Below, piece by piece: positions 10,823 through 23,704 of a DNA stretch of 64,000 nucleotides. Location: NCBI GenBank assembly GCA_964106915.2, contig OZ066917.1; one strand, 5' to 3'. The translations under genes were made by a program, and so were the position numbers. Numbering within the stretch: position 1 is the first letter of the stretch; every line of letters starts with the position of its first letter. The stretch comes from Podarcis gaigeae (lineage: Eukaryota). Below the pieces are notes generated by a model, which did no database searches, had not been told where the DNA came from, and saw only the letters and a program-made list of their open reading frames with translations.

Positions 10823-13800
10823 TACCCTATTTGGTGGAGCCATGGCCACATGGAAGACATTGCGATGATCTTTGCAGGTCTGTGCTCACATTTGAAGTAG
10901 TGGCTGGCAGGTGGGAGGAGAGATCTATTCCATGTGGCTATCCAGGCACTACTGCTATAAAGTGAAAAGTGTGGAACAGGGAATGGACCCACTTTTGTGC
11001 CAAAATGTCAAAAGGAGCAAAAGGAGAGCACCATTCTAACCCTCAGTCTTCCAGAGAAAAGGACAGGCCTATATGTGTAGTGGCAGCAATCATTCAGACT
11101 TGCCCTGGGTGGGAAAGAGGCTGTGATATATACTCTTTCCACACCCATGGCCAACTCACCAAATCACTCCACATGTCCTCGAGGCCTTCCTTCCTTATTA
11201 GATGAGGCTGCCACATGTTTACAGGTGAGGCTTTGCTATATTCAAGCTACCTGAGAGGTTCACATTACGATTTAAATGTCAACAAAAGGGAGCGGAGCAA
11301 AAATAGTTAATCCTTCATGCCTGAGTGCATGACCACACCAGAGGAATGGGAACATCTGTCCCCTTGCTTTGAGAAACGAAGGTGCTTCAGATTCCGCAGT
11401 GAGGTCACTATGTCACAACTGCTCTATTTGTTTATGACAGCGTTCTGTCCCACACCCACATGGGACAGAAGCTCAATACGGCATTTGATGCATTTGATCA
11501 AAGGGGAAGTTGCTCAAACTCACTACCGGTTGCACAAGCTCCTCTTTGTTGTAGGTTCTGGGAATAGTCTTGGCATGGCTCTGACGGGTGGGATTGGGGA
11601 GCTATACACTTCGAGTTCTCCATTTTTGTCAGCTAGGGAGGCAAAAGAGCAGTTCTCTGGAAGGAAAGAGCTGGCTATTCAGTAACCCCCCAAGGCCAGA
11701 TAAAAGGGCTGTGTGTGGACAGCTAAGGAAGGAAGGAGACCATTGCTGAAAGAAAAGAGAAATAGCTTTGTAAACATTCATAGGTCGAGTGGAGTGGGAT
11801 TAATGGCTTCTTGAAAAGGTTGCTTGTTATAAGGTCTCTGTGTTTGGGGGGGGGTGGTCTGACAGCAAAGTTGGTATTTAGGGAGAGGTAGCAGGGATTG
11901 GGAAGAGGGCTGGCCTGAGAAAAGGAAGAACAACAGAACTGGCACAGCAGCCACATTCTCGTGTGAGTGCAGCATGTGGTCACTTTATTATTAAATCAAT
12001 CCAGTGCTAATTATCTGCTTGGCATTTGTCAAGGAGATGAAACATGCAGAGCTGCTGTGCCAGGAATTGTGCCTTCCCACTATCTAGGACACTGGCAGGC
12101 GAGGGAATCGCACAGAAGTGTTTTCCTCCTTCCCTCTGAAGTTATCTGACACACCCTTTGTCAGACGTCAGCAAGCCCAGGAGTCAGCAAGAGGGCAGAG
12201 AAAGATCACCCAATGTGTGGCACGTAGGATGATTACCAGGAACGAGTGGCAGAGCCCAGCCCAGCGTTTATGGCTCCTCAAAAAGCTGCAAACATTGTTA
12301 ACAAGCATCGTTTTGCAGGGAAGGAAAGTTAGGCTGTCCCAGTAAAGCTTGGCATTTCTGTACAACAATAGTTCTTGAGAGGGAGTCTCCCTTGGGAAGC
12401 ACTAAGCCAGCTGCTCTCAGTCCCCCTCCCATTGTGGTGTGCCAAGTGCCATAGCCCCTTTCGACTTAATCTCCTCTCTTCCTTATCAGTGTAGCAAAAG
12501 CATTTCTGAAGAGCTCATCCCTCTTTTGACTGACTGATAGGGCAGCCATGTAGATCCATACCCTTAGAGATCCAAGATCTACAACTCCCATCAACCCTAA
12601 TCATTGGCCACGCTGAGTCCAACAACATCCAGAGGGGTCTCAGGTTCTCCATCCCTGAGTTAGTGGTGCTAGGCCTCAGCTGTATTTTATATCAAAATAA
12701 AATACAATTCATTTGTGAGAGGTTCTGTCTGTTCTTACCAAAAGTCCAAGAACACTTCTGGCTGTATTATAGCAGAGCCAAGAGGGGCAGTTAACTGGGA
12801 AGAGAGCCTGTCCCTCTGCTTCTTAACGAAGCTGTAGCTCCAGTGACCAGCTAGGAGCCAGTCATGAACAGTGGTGTAGTGTGGGTTACCAGTGCCTGGG
12901 GCCACACAGAGGAGGTGGATGTGAGGAGGGAAATGGGCGAAATATGCATGCAAATTGAACTGCCTAAAGATGTCTTCATCACCCAGGAGATTGCAGCTGC
13001 AGAGATAAGAAGAGTCATTCTGTTGTCTGGAGAGGTTACTTCTTGGTTCGCATGGAGAAGCCAATGGAGCCCAGCAAACAGAATCATGCTGTTGTATTGA
13101 GGCAGCTCTGGGTGTTGAAATTTTGTGCCCAAGGCAGCCACCCCTGTGGCCCTCCCCATGCTATGCTACTGGTCATAAGGGCTTTAGCATAGCTGCTTAG
13201 TTTAAAAAAGTTCTGTGGGTAGAGAGGTGGAAGGAATGTTCTTTCTCCCATCTCACCCCTCAGCTTCCCCCTGTCCAGGGGCAAAGAGAAGAAGCCACCA
13301 AGATGGTGAGTCCGGTGGAATTCTTGCTCTCTGCCCCCTGACTTAATGGGCCAGTTGCAGTGTTCTTATCAATAGCCTGAAACATTACCTGAAATCTCTC
13401 TCACAGTGATGCCTCTATGCTAACATTTGGAACTCCACTTCTATGCAGGGTGAATCATTGTTTTGATTTTCATCTGAGATGAGAATGTGATGTACTAACA
13501 TGATTTCCTGTCCCAAATGTTTTGAATCCTGTCTGAATTGTCAGCTGGGATTCCACCAACTTGGGGGAACAGGCAAAAACAAATACACAAATAGGTCACA
13601 ATACACATGGCCTGAGCAAAGTCTAGTGTTATTTTGAGTAATGGATGTCAGTAATCTGGAACACTGGGACCATGCCCTGCTTTTATTTTGGAATACTGGC
13701 TAAAGCCACAACTCTCCTCACCCACCCATTCAGGAGCCTTACCTGCTAACATGCTCAATGAATGATAGTGCTTTGACTGGGGGAGGAAGCCGATATGATT

Positions 13801-14679
13801 TCTATTTTGAAATATATTAGAATGACAGGACAGATTGCATAGAAGGGAAGAAATGGATAGAGAAAGGAGGAGGTCCGTGGCAAGTGATTCATTTATGAAG
13901 TTATACTTAGCAATTCCTTATGCATTTCTAAACTTGACAGTACAATCTGTGGCAAAAAGAATTCTAATTCTATATTGCTCAACCCAATCCTTCTGTGACA
14001 TCAGAGGAGCTAAGCCAATTACAGTTGTGGCCTGTCTGCATACCCTACTTCACAGAACTAGATTCTGTTAGGCAATACATTGAAGACTGTGGGTGTTAAA
14101 TAAGTATAATAAGAGTCTCTTGCAAATGTTTTGAGTTTCCAAACAATTATCCGATGCTCTCAGTTCAGTGTCTACTACACTTGTCATAGTGGCTTTGATC
14201 CATCCAAAGACTGCGATGGTGGTGAGACATCATTGTTCCACCTCTCTGGCTTGTGAAGCACTGAAAGGGTCTTTCTTATCTCCCATGCTTTTTAACATCT
14301 ACATAGAAGAACCAGGTGTGGTCATGTAGAAGCTTAGGCTGAGGTGTCACTAGTGCGTAAAACCACACACAGCACTCTCATTCTAGGCTGCCTCCAATGC
14401 ATCCTCAATGTGCCACTCAGCAGAGTTTTTCTGGGTAGTGAGGGGTCTGTTACAGTCTGGCCCGAAGAAGGTGGCAGAAGCAACGACAGCTTGCTGTGAC
14501 TTGTTTGCAAAGCATTTGAGAATACAGCAGATGGATCTCAGAAGGTGTCAAGAGCATAGGCTAGTCCCGTTGTGTTGGATGAATTTCAGTTAGTAAGGCT
14601 TGAGGATGTGGTCATGGTGCTTGGATTGGTTAGTTAATCCTAAATACATTACTTCTGGTAAATGAGCCCCCATAGACTC

Positions 14680-14809
14680 CAGAGGGCTGCGGAAATTTAT
14701 GTCCTGGGGACAAACGGCGGCTCCCTTGGCTAGTAAAGGGAGATAAGCTCCGCAACCCCAGAGTCGTCCCCGACTGGACCTAACGGTCAGGGGTACCTTG
14801 ACCTTTACC
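14680..14809 (+). mobile_element. Sauria-type SINE, 5'-truncated
   Basis: Matches the 3' part of the other copies (gcaaccccagagtcg...ggtcaggggtacc...acctttacc). Confidence 0.75.
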
Positions 14810-16727
14810 CATGTACTATCTGAAACCAAAGGGGTGCATTGGTTGCCAGATGTGAAATATGTTGGCATTATTTTCGGCTCTCCTACCCCACTACTATGTG
14901 TGTCTGGTTTTATAATATCTCAGAAGCTGCAGCTGGTGACTTCCAGACCATCAGTTGCAAATGGCAATTGGAGCACCTCACACTGTTTCCCTGGCTGCTT
15001 TTGGGTTCAGTATAAACTGTGGCTATGTGTTTGTTTATTAAATCTATAGACCACCCTATTTTTTTTTTTTTAAGGAACTCAGGGCAATCTACATAAAAGT
15101 TTAAAATTACAAACGCATTACAAAACAATCACGATCAACAATGCAACAGGGTTAAGAGGAGTAAAACTACTCAATCAGCTAAAATGACCATGATGGGTTT
15201 TTTTGTCTGGGCAAATAAACAAGTTTTAACTTGGCACCAAAGGAAATAGTTGTCAGTGCCAGGCATACCTTCCATGGGGGGAGGGTATTCTGAAGTCAAG
15301 GACAGAAGGCTCTCTCTTTCGTTACATCCAGAATGCACCTCTTCTAAAGATGGAAGACCCCAATGAGCCCTAAATACCACCTTTAGAGCCCTGGTCTTTG
15401 GTTGGCAGGTAACAGAAAAGACAATTTCTTCCTGATTTTGTGGAATTCTCACTTTGGGGAGATCTAACAGCCCCCCCTTTTCATATGTTAACAATGGTTT
15501 TAAAAACATTTTTCTTTACAAGCTGACTGGACTGATGGGAATTGTAGTCCAAAACATCTGGTGAGGACCATTGAAGGCTGTTACTCTTGTGTTATTAATA
15601 GAGTTTTCATTGGTAACTTGAAATCAGCATTGATTTTTTTAATTGTTTGGAATATTTATACCCCTACCAACTGGGAGACTTTCTCAAGGTGACTTACTAG
15701 GGAGAGAGAATAGTATATATAAGTTCTCTCCAGTCTGCAGATTTTCCAACTCCTAAATCTTAGGACAACAAGCAAATTACAGAGGAAAGTAACTCCAGAG
15801 TGGAAATGACTGCCAGATTAGTCAGTTGTTCGTTCTTTACCAAGACTTCTCCTTTTCCTGATGTCTCTTACAGCTTCTGGCTCCTGAAAGCAGATGCAAA
15901 AGGCTTTTCAGGGAGCTCAAGTCTCCTCACACATTTCTCATATGCCCCAATTGCCACTTTTAATGCAAAACTGGGGTCAAACAAAAGAAACTGTAATAAA
16001 TGATTACATAAAATATAAGCATAAAAAGGGGTTTGCAAGAGCCCAATTCTTATTCTTGTCTAAATCTCTCTCAGCATGTCTCTGACTTCCCAGCTGGGCA
16101 TCTGGTTCAGTTTTTTCTCAGTAATAAAGCCGAGCCATCTTCCAGAGTGTCTGACTGATTCCTGACTGTGAGGACAATCTTCTTGAGAGCTGAATCCCAA
16201 ACACGTTATACACCCTTTGAACTTACAAGTGAGCAATTGTGATTGGGGCTGCACCAAATGTTTTTACACAAGCATTTTCAGCACAGAAAGGGAGCTTCTG
16301 GAGGGTCTGCAAACATGTTCTTCAAAAGACCTCCAAAACTTTATCGATTCTGCACCTTCTCTCTCACCTTCACTGCCCCTTGCAGCAGTTGTCCGCACTA
16401 TTTCCTTCTCCTCAAGGGTGCCATCTTGAATATTTTTGGGGTGTGTGTGTGAGGTAAGTTCCACCCTGCATAACTGATCATAAGACGTGGCGCATACCAT
16501 TTGAATGGCAATGCCTGTCGAATTGACATGAAGGCATGTGACTCCTATGTTTTTGTTTTAAAACCAAATGCAGACTTGGGAGGAGGTAAGCACAATGAGA
16601 GGTACAGTACAAAGGGAGAGACTACTTAACCCTTCCCCCCTGGACATTTGCTGCTCAATGAATGCCTCAACCAAACTCCATTTCCCCCTTGCAGGGTAGA
16701 GCATATGAACCTCAAATCTCTTCGGAA

Positions 16728-16890
16728 CGGTCTCCCTCAGGAGGTGGTGGGTTCCCCTTCCTTGGAGGTTTTTAAGCAGAGGCTGGATGGCCATCTGTCA
16801 TGGATGCTTTAGTTGAGATTTCTGCATTGCAGGGGGTGGACTAGATGACCACTGGGATTCCTTCCAACTCTACAATTCTATGGTTTATGG
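16728..16890 (+). mobile_element. CR1 LINE 3' fragment
   Basis: LPQEVVGSPSLEVFKQRLDGHLS-type terminus plus ccttccaactctacaattctatg tail. Related pieces at ~508-571 (+) and ~59392-59468 (-). Confidence 0.78.
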
Positions 16891-19800
16891 AATTGTGAGG
16901 GGGAAGTGGCATACAATGGCATGCCAGACATATGTAGCTTCAGCCTGAGTCAGTACTTATGCTTTGGGCTCTAGATAGGACAGATCATTCCAGAGCTAGC
17001 AGTTTTATGCCACAGCAGGACTTGATACTGGTTTTTCTGCCCAGCATAAGGCTAGCAAAGCCAGTGGAGTCATGGAAGCTTTCTAGGAAATTACCACTCC
17101 CAGCCAAGCAGTCCCGAGCCGACATGAGAATTGGGCAGAGGGATGTACTTCATTATTCTCTGGGCACAGTGTGTTCACCTTCGAATATCTTGTTCTGCAC
17201 TTAGCAATCTGTACTTTGCGTATCTCATAAAAGTCCATTTATTTCTTACTTTTAAAAATCAAAATGTATGTTTGAGTCATTGTTGCATAAGTCTTTGGAT
17301 TCATTTGACATTTGGATGAGATACAGCTTGATTTCACTGGTTTGGCTGAAGCTTTCAGAATGTGCGTAAAATGTTTGTGCATGGTAGGTGGCTGGCATTT
17401 GGATCATATAGCACGTTTGAATCAAAGCTGTGTACAAACAATAATTGTTTAAGCCTTGCAACACCTTAGCAAGGTAGCTTTTATTCTCCTGCGTAAACCT
17501 GAAGGCGGGAGATATTAAGCAACAGGCTTTGGGCCACATTCCAAATCAGAAAGCAGAAGTCGTGATCTTGGATTTTCTGCCCTAATCGCTGCATTGCATC
17601 TTCTGTTTTCCCCATGAGGTGAACAAGGACTGTGAATATAGAAATGTAAGCAAAACAAAATCCTATAGTACTTCAGCAATAGGATCTCAGCTGTGGGACT
17701 ATGTCCTCAGTTTTCAAGGAAAACCCAACCTGTTGCTTTATTGTTTTCTGTTAAGGAAGCTGACATTTGGGTGATGAATAGAGCCCTACTGAGCAAAGCG
17801 TGGTTTAATTTTTCTTGGGGGATTTGTAATTACAGCCACCCACTAGCACTTTCCCATGCAAATTGTATTCTTGATTGATTCTTTAAGCAGAGCATTTGAG
17901 TTTGTGTTTCCTTAATAGCTGTAAGTTTATGAATAATTTGGCATAATATTGTGATCTCTGGAATGTCAAAGTAAATCTTTCACAGTGTCACTGAGATGGT
18001 GGGTGGGTGGGAAGTGCCTTCATTAAGGATCTTCAGCTACTTTGTGGAGATCTCCTTTGAAGCCACGATCATTTGCTTATCCAACCAATGATATAATGAT
18101 TTTTGAAGGTGGGGAAGATGGGCTTGCTTGCTCATAGGTCAGCATGGCAAAAGTTCCTCTAAGTTCCAAGAGCTACTACCAGTGCTTTGCCATTTAATTA
18201 GCAGGATTGTCCAAATGCATACTGTTAGCGCAGCTGCTGGCTGGAGTTGATGGGAGTTGTAGTCCAACAACTGCTTTGGACCCCAGCCAGCACATTCTGC
18301 CTCTCCCTCCCTGCATGCCCTGGGGCTGATGGGAGTTGTTGTTCAAAGCAGCTGGACAGCACCAGTTTGGCAAAGGCTGTCTTAGCAACACATCAACCCA
18401 CATTGTTCTTCTCTATCATAATCATTCCCAGAGAGCCACTTGGCCCCTTTACAGCAGACCTCCTCCAGATTCCCACCCCCCAAAGGAGGGCTTGTTTGCA
18501 CTTTCACAAGACTAGTTAATGGCAAGTTATCACTGAAAAGGTCAACTTGTGGTGACTTCATGAAGAAATCACCAGGGCATGTTTGAAATGTTTGCGTGAA
18601 TTGGCTCAGAGTTATGCTAAATGTGCAGTGAAAAACCTCCATGTGTAGCAACACAGAACTACCAGACTCTAAGATTAATGTTTATTAGGACTGTGGACAT
18701 GGGTTCAAGCAAAGGCTGACACAACCTAAATTAGCACTACTTGAGTTCTCTGTTAACCAATCTGCTCCCAAATGTTTGATTTACTGAAGTTGTTCTCATC
18801 ACTCCTTCCCATTCCCTTCTGCTTACTTGCCCATGATCCACAACCCAATCCCCTACTTGAATACTTAGTCTGATGATACCTGTCATAGGTTTGGATATTG
18901 CTGTCATAGGTTTGGATATTGTAAAATGGTAGAAATGGCCACTATGCAGAATAAATAGTCATGGCAGATAGAATTCATCTTTGTCTTTCAGCATCTATGG
19001 AGCTGTAGGTTTCTGTCTCTTCCTCACCTGCCTTTCCCCCTATTTCATTGCTGACGTAGACCTAGCCTTTTCACGTTTGCCAATTCTCCCCCAAGTATTT
19101 CCTGCTAGAAAAGATGTTCAGATTGGAAAACAGGGGCTGAGGCCAAATAGAAAGTAATGCCTTCAAGGCGAGCTAAGGACAATCATTTCCCCAGCTTGTT
19201 GAGTCACATGTGCCGTATGGAAACTACCTTGAGGATTTTGTGGAAGGAACCTCCCCCCCCCCCCGTCTTTGGCTGATGTTTTCTAATATGTTTTCTAGAG
19301 ATGTGGAGAGGACATCTGTTGCTGTCATGAAACCAGGCCTGAAACCTGGAACAAATGACATTTGATATGGGGGAAATTCTAATCACATTGAGGGAGCATT
19401 AAATTGGGTGTTTTCCTCAGTGCCATATGAGGAGTGGGGGACACCAGAAAAAAAATGTTTCTGCACTGTATGTGTGGGGGGTGAGACACAGAATGGGCAA
19501 AATAAATTTCTCCCCTCCAGTGGTGCCTATGTATAGAATCCTGGGTTCCAGGAACCCATCACTGCAGCTCTCCCCGTGTAAAAAGAGTGCATGGGAAAAG
19601 GATGCTGAACACTCCCTGCAGTGTGTTACTTTGGTCACATCTTTGCTTTCCAGATGCTAGTAGGGAACAAGGAAATGTGGCTGGAGGAATAGACTGAGGG
19701 AAGGGAAGGCATGGGAAAGGGGTAAGATTCATCACCTGTAGGAGTGGACTTTGGTACTATGGAGCCCTGAGCTATGGTGCCCCCCTCCATCAGCCTTCAC

Positions 19801-22013
19801 ATTGTGCCAGGCTTTGGGAAGGAGATGTAAGGGCTCTGGCAGGGTCCTAGAGCCACATTGAGATCTACAGGTGAAGCGTGGCATACTAATTTAACATATA
19901 GCAACAACAACGCCCTCCCAACTCCTTCCTAAAGCTGGACAAGCACTAAGTAGGCTTTGGGAAAGATGCAGGAGGACTCTAGGACCCTGTCTGGGCCCTG
20001 ACACCTTGCCCTTTTCTCTAGTCTGAAATGCTGCAACTTTTTCCCATAGGGATACTTACCGGTATCACGTGTGTTCTCTGAATACTTTTTTGGTTCATTC
20101 AGTTCACTGGACTGCTGTTCATTTGGCATCATAACAGAAATCAACACCAGGACGGCAAGGTCCTAGGAAAAAAAGGAAGTTAGTTGCCACACAGAGGAAG
20201 GCTTTGAAGCAACAGGTCTTGTTTAGGGAAGCTAGTGTGGAACTTGGGGGTCTTAAGAGCATAGTTAGATGAGCAAGCCGTGCATTGGGACAGCGTCACC
20301 TTTTCTACGAATGTATGCACTAACACTGTGCTGGATGACGTGGTGCCTGGACAGGAAGGTTTTGAAAGGCATGGGAGGTGAAGGGAATAAGAACTTGCTT
20401 GTGGGCTTCCCATAGGCATCTGGCTGGTCACAGAAAAAAAAAAAGGATGCTGGACTAGACGGGCTTTTTGCTCTGATCCACATAGCAGGGCATTTATTAT
20501 GTTCTTGGGTGTGAACCACTGTTTACAGGGGCAGACTTTGCTCTTTCAGATTTTAGTGGCGCCCTGTGCATGGCCAAAATTCGACTTGCTCCCCACTTCT
20601 CACCCTCTGTTCTGCTCAATTCACTACATCCGAGTTGCAACACTCTGCAGAGCCCCCTCAGCTCAGCACCCAGTGCAGCAGAACCATTTGCGCTGCCTGA
20701 AATCCACCTCTGCTGCTTATCAGGAATGATTGCATATGTTCATCCTCTTTTTGATAAGTTTCCTGTTGCTAATTTCTTTGGAGAATGCTTAAAATGATAT
20801 AGTGTGCTATATTATAAAACACTTATAAATATGAGGACACAGGGAGGAGAATATTTCCGTGGCCACTTGTGTCATTGGTGGCCAAACCCGAACCTGCCCC
20901 CCTGCCCCCCTTGGCTTTGCCCATGTCCCTCACTAGCCCTGTCTTGTGCCCTCCTTGAGTGCTTTCACTTGACTAGAATGTGTCATTGAACTCTGATCCT
21001 GCTTCTTGCTTCCCTGGACGGAAGGTAGAGAGGGGTGTGTGAGTCAATTGACATTTGTTTCTCCATTCACTAGGGCTTCCAGCCCTGCCCACTGCTGTTG
21101 TGTGGCCCCAGGAAGTTTGAAGGAAATGGCGTGCCCTTGGCCTGGAAAAGATGGCCCACCATCCCTAAGTAATTCAGAGGCTTCATTCTGCCGTTCCATC
21201 AGAGGGACCAGTGTTGCGCACACACCAATTCCTTTCTGTGAGTGAAGGTGGCTCTGAGCATGTGCTGTTTCTGTATTAGCCACAGACCATGAGGTTCCCC
21301 TTTCAATCCCTGGAGTACTTGACAGGTTGTAAGGGAACAATCTGTGAACAGCTATGTTTCCCCACCTTCAGCTATGATCTTATGTGTCCCCGATTGACCT
21401 TGCTGCAGCATGACGACAAGGTCTGATATTGCTCTCGTTTCCAGCAGTGCTTTAGAGTTGCTAGTAGCTAGTTCAGCATGCAGGGGCACAGCTGATTACC
21501 GATCTAGGAAGTTCTCGTCATACTGAGCCTGAACAGCTTGTTGCTGTACCATGCCTACGGTGAACGTACACTTCCTTCTTCCATAAATGGCCGCACATGC
21601 ACTTTATTTCTAACTGGAAAGGGGAAAGAGGAGAGAATATTAAATTAAATAGGGGGGAGATGTGTGGGAAAGAGACCTCTGTCGGTGGGTGCTGTTAACT
21701 AGCAGCTGTGTTGAAAATCAGATTCTGCACACAGGTTTGAAAGATGGAATGCCAAAGTTGTCCATTCAGATTTGTAGCCTGTTCTCCCCCAGGGGCTCAG
21801 AACAGAGATATAACCAGACTCCCAAAGAGCTCATACTTTTAATTCACACTGCATAGGGAAAGAATAGGGGAGACAGGATAGTAGGCAAGGGCAGTTCTGT
21901 ATATAAATGGGGGAGGAAATGATGCTCTTACATGTAATAATAATGAACTGGTATAGACATAAGCCTGGTTACCAGCTTCTAAAACAGCCCGTTGCTTGGT
22001 TTTGTTGCTTCTA

Positions 22014-22231
22014 CAGGCAACTGACAATTTATGCGGGGGTTACGTTCCAAGGCACCGCACGTTTAAGTGAAATCACGTATATTTGAAACACCATTGAAAA
22101 AGCCTGCTAACACACCACCCCACTGTGCCCTGACCCTTTTAAAGATGTTTTCAGGTCACTTCTGGGTTGGGCAGATTGCACACATGCTCAATCGCACACG
22201 TATTGGACACGCCTTAAACAGTTGCTGCCGG
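22014..22231. mobile_element. Possible old Tc1/mariner-type MITE
   Basis: TA-flanked, degenerate inverted ends (caggcaactg... / ...cagttgctgccgg), locally CpG-enriched. Confidence 0.35.
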
Positions 22232-23704
22232 TATCTATACTTAAGGGCCTTCAACAAGTCTTGTGAGATCAAGCAATGCTATAATAAAATGAGGTCAGCT
22301 AGGAATACATGGTCGAAATAATTAAGATCGTAAATTATTAGCCTACGTCTGATACATGGACAGTAAAGTAGTATCCCACAATTATTATTATTTATTTCAA
22401 CTTCAAAAAAGCCCTATTTTTAAAAATGGGCTCTTGCAGTATGGAGTTTCTGAGACAAATTGTGGGGGGTGGGGGCACAGTCATCAATGATGAAGGATTG
22501 AATTAGCTTCTCCCAGGCTTCAGTGGACTTGGTATCAAATTCAGGCAAAATGTTTCTTCCCCCGTGTGACTTCCTTCACCTCCCTCTCTTTGCCCTACTG
22601 TTTGAACAAAGCGGGAGAGCAAAAAGGGAGAGATCTGCCTTCACGCTCAAATTATAGGCAAAGAGGTGGGGACCCTTCATGAAATCCTCTCACCCCCATC
22701 ACACCCCTCCTTTTGAAGCCTGTTAAAAACAGTAGCTTAGCAGCCAACACAAAGAAATGGGGAGATGTTCCCCTTCTGCTTCCCCAGTAAGTCAAGTGCT
22801 GCCTTTTGTCAGGTTTTCCTAACAGCTTAAATTGTAACGCTTTGGCCTTCTGCTGAGGTGGCAAGGGGGAAATTTGCTATAGAGTCATGCTTAGCCGATT
22901 TAAGGCTCCCCACCCCCTTTCAGCAGAGTCTCCTGGGCTGGTGAGAGAATGGAGGAAAAAACAACTGTTGTAGCATTGCGGGTCCTCCCTCCTTTCCTTA
23001 AAGATCTTCACGTGCAAATAAATACATTTTGTTTTTGCCTGAAATCAATTAAGTTGAAGCTTAGCAGTGTTCACTGAGCAGAAAATCTTACCCAGTGGGT
23101 GAGCAGTCCAGCCTGCCACTCTCACCACCACAACTACTGCTAAGGAAACCCAGGTGCTCTAAATGTACTTCTTCAAAGCCTGGGAATCAAGATGCTGCTG
23201 AACGGTTTTACAGGTGTCACATCTTTATCTGAGGCTAACAACCAAGATGCAGAGATGATGGGTGTCCCACGACCACTTGTTCATCTATATAGGAAACCTC
23301 TAAAGATGCACATCACAAGATCTCAGAGGGCGTATGCAGGATCAAAATGTCCTATTCTGGCCAAAGGTTTATGCAAGAACGGGTGTTTTGAAAAGCTGTA
23401 TCTGCTGCTTGATAGGTTTAATTTTACAATACTGGGTATCATAGAGGCTGAGTCTTTTAAGATACCATGTACATCTTCACTAATGCTATTAGAATACTGT
23501 TTTGTATTGTCTGTTGATTACTACACATTGAGAGAGGGCAGACACACCCAAGGAGACAAGCCTAGTCTTTAAAAGCAACACATGTTCACCCACAAGTAAA
23601 CAGCATACTATCAGTATACCCCAGCCAGCTGTAAAAAATACAAAATAAAATTCCAACTTCTGTCTCCTTTGCTGGCTACTGCTGCTGAACTCATTCTCCT
23701 GGGC

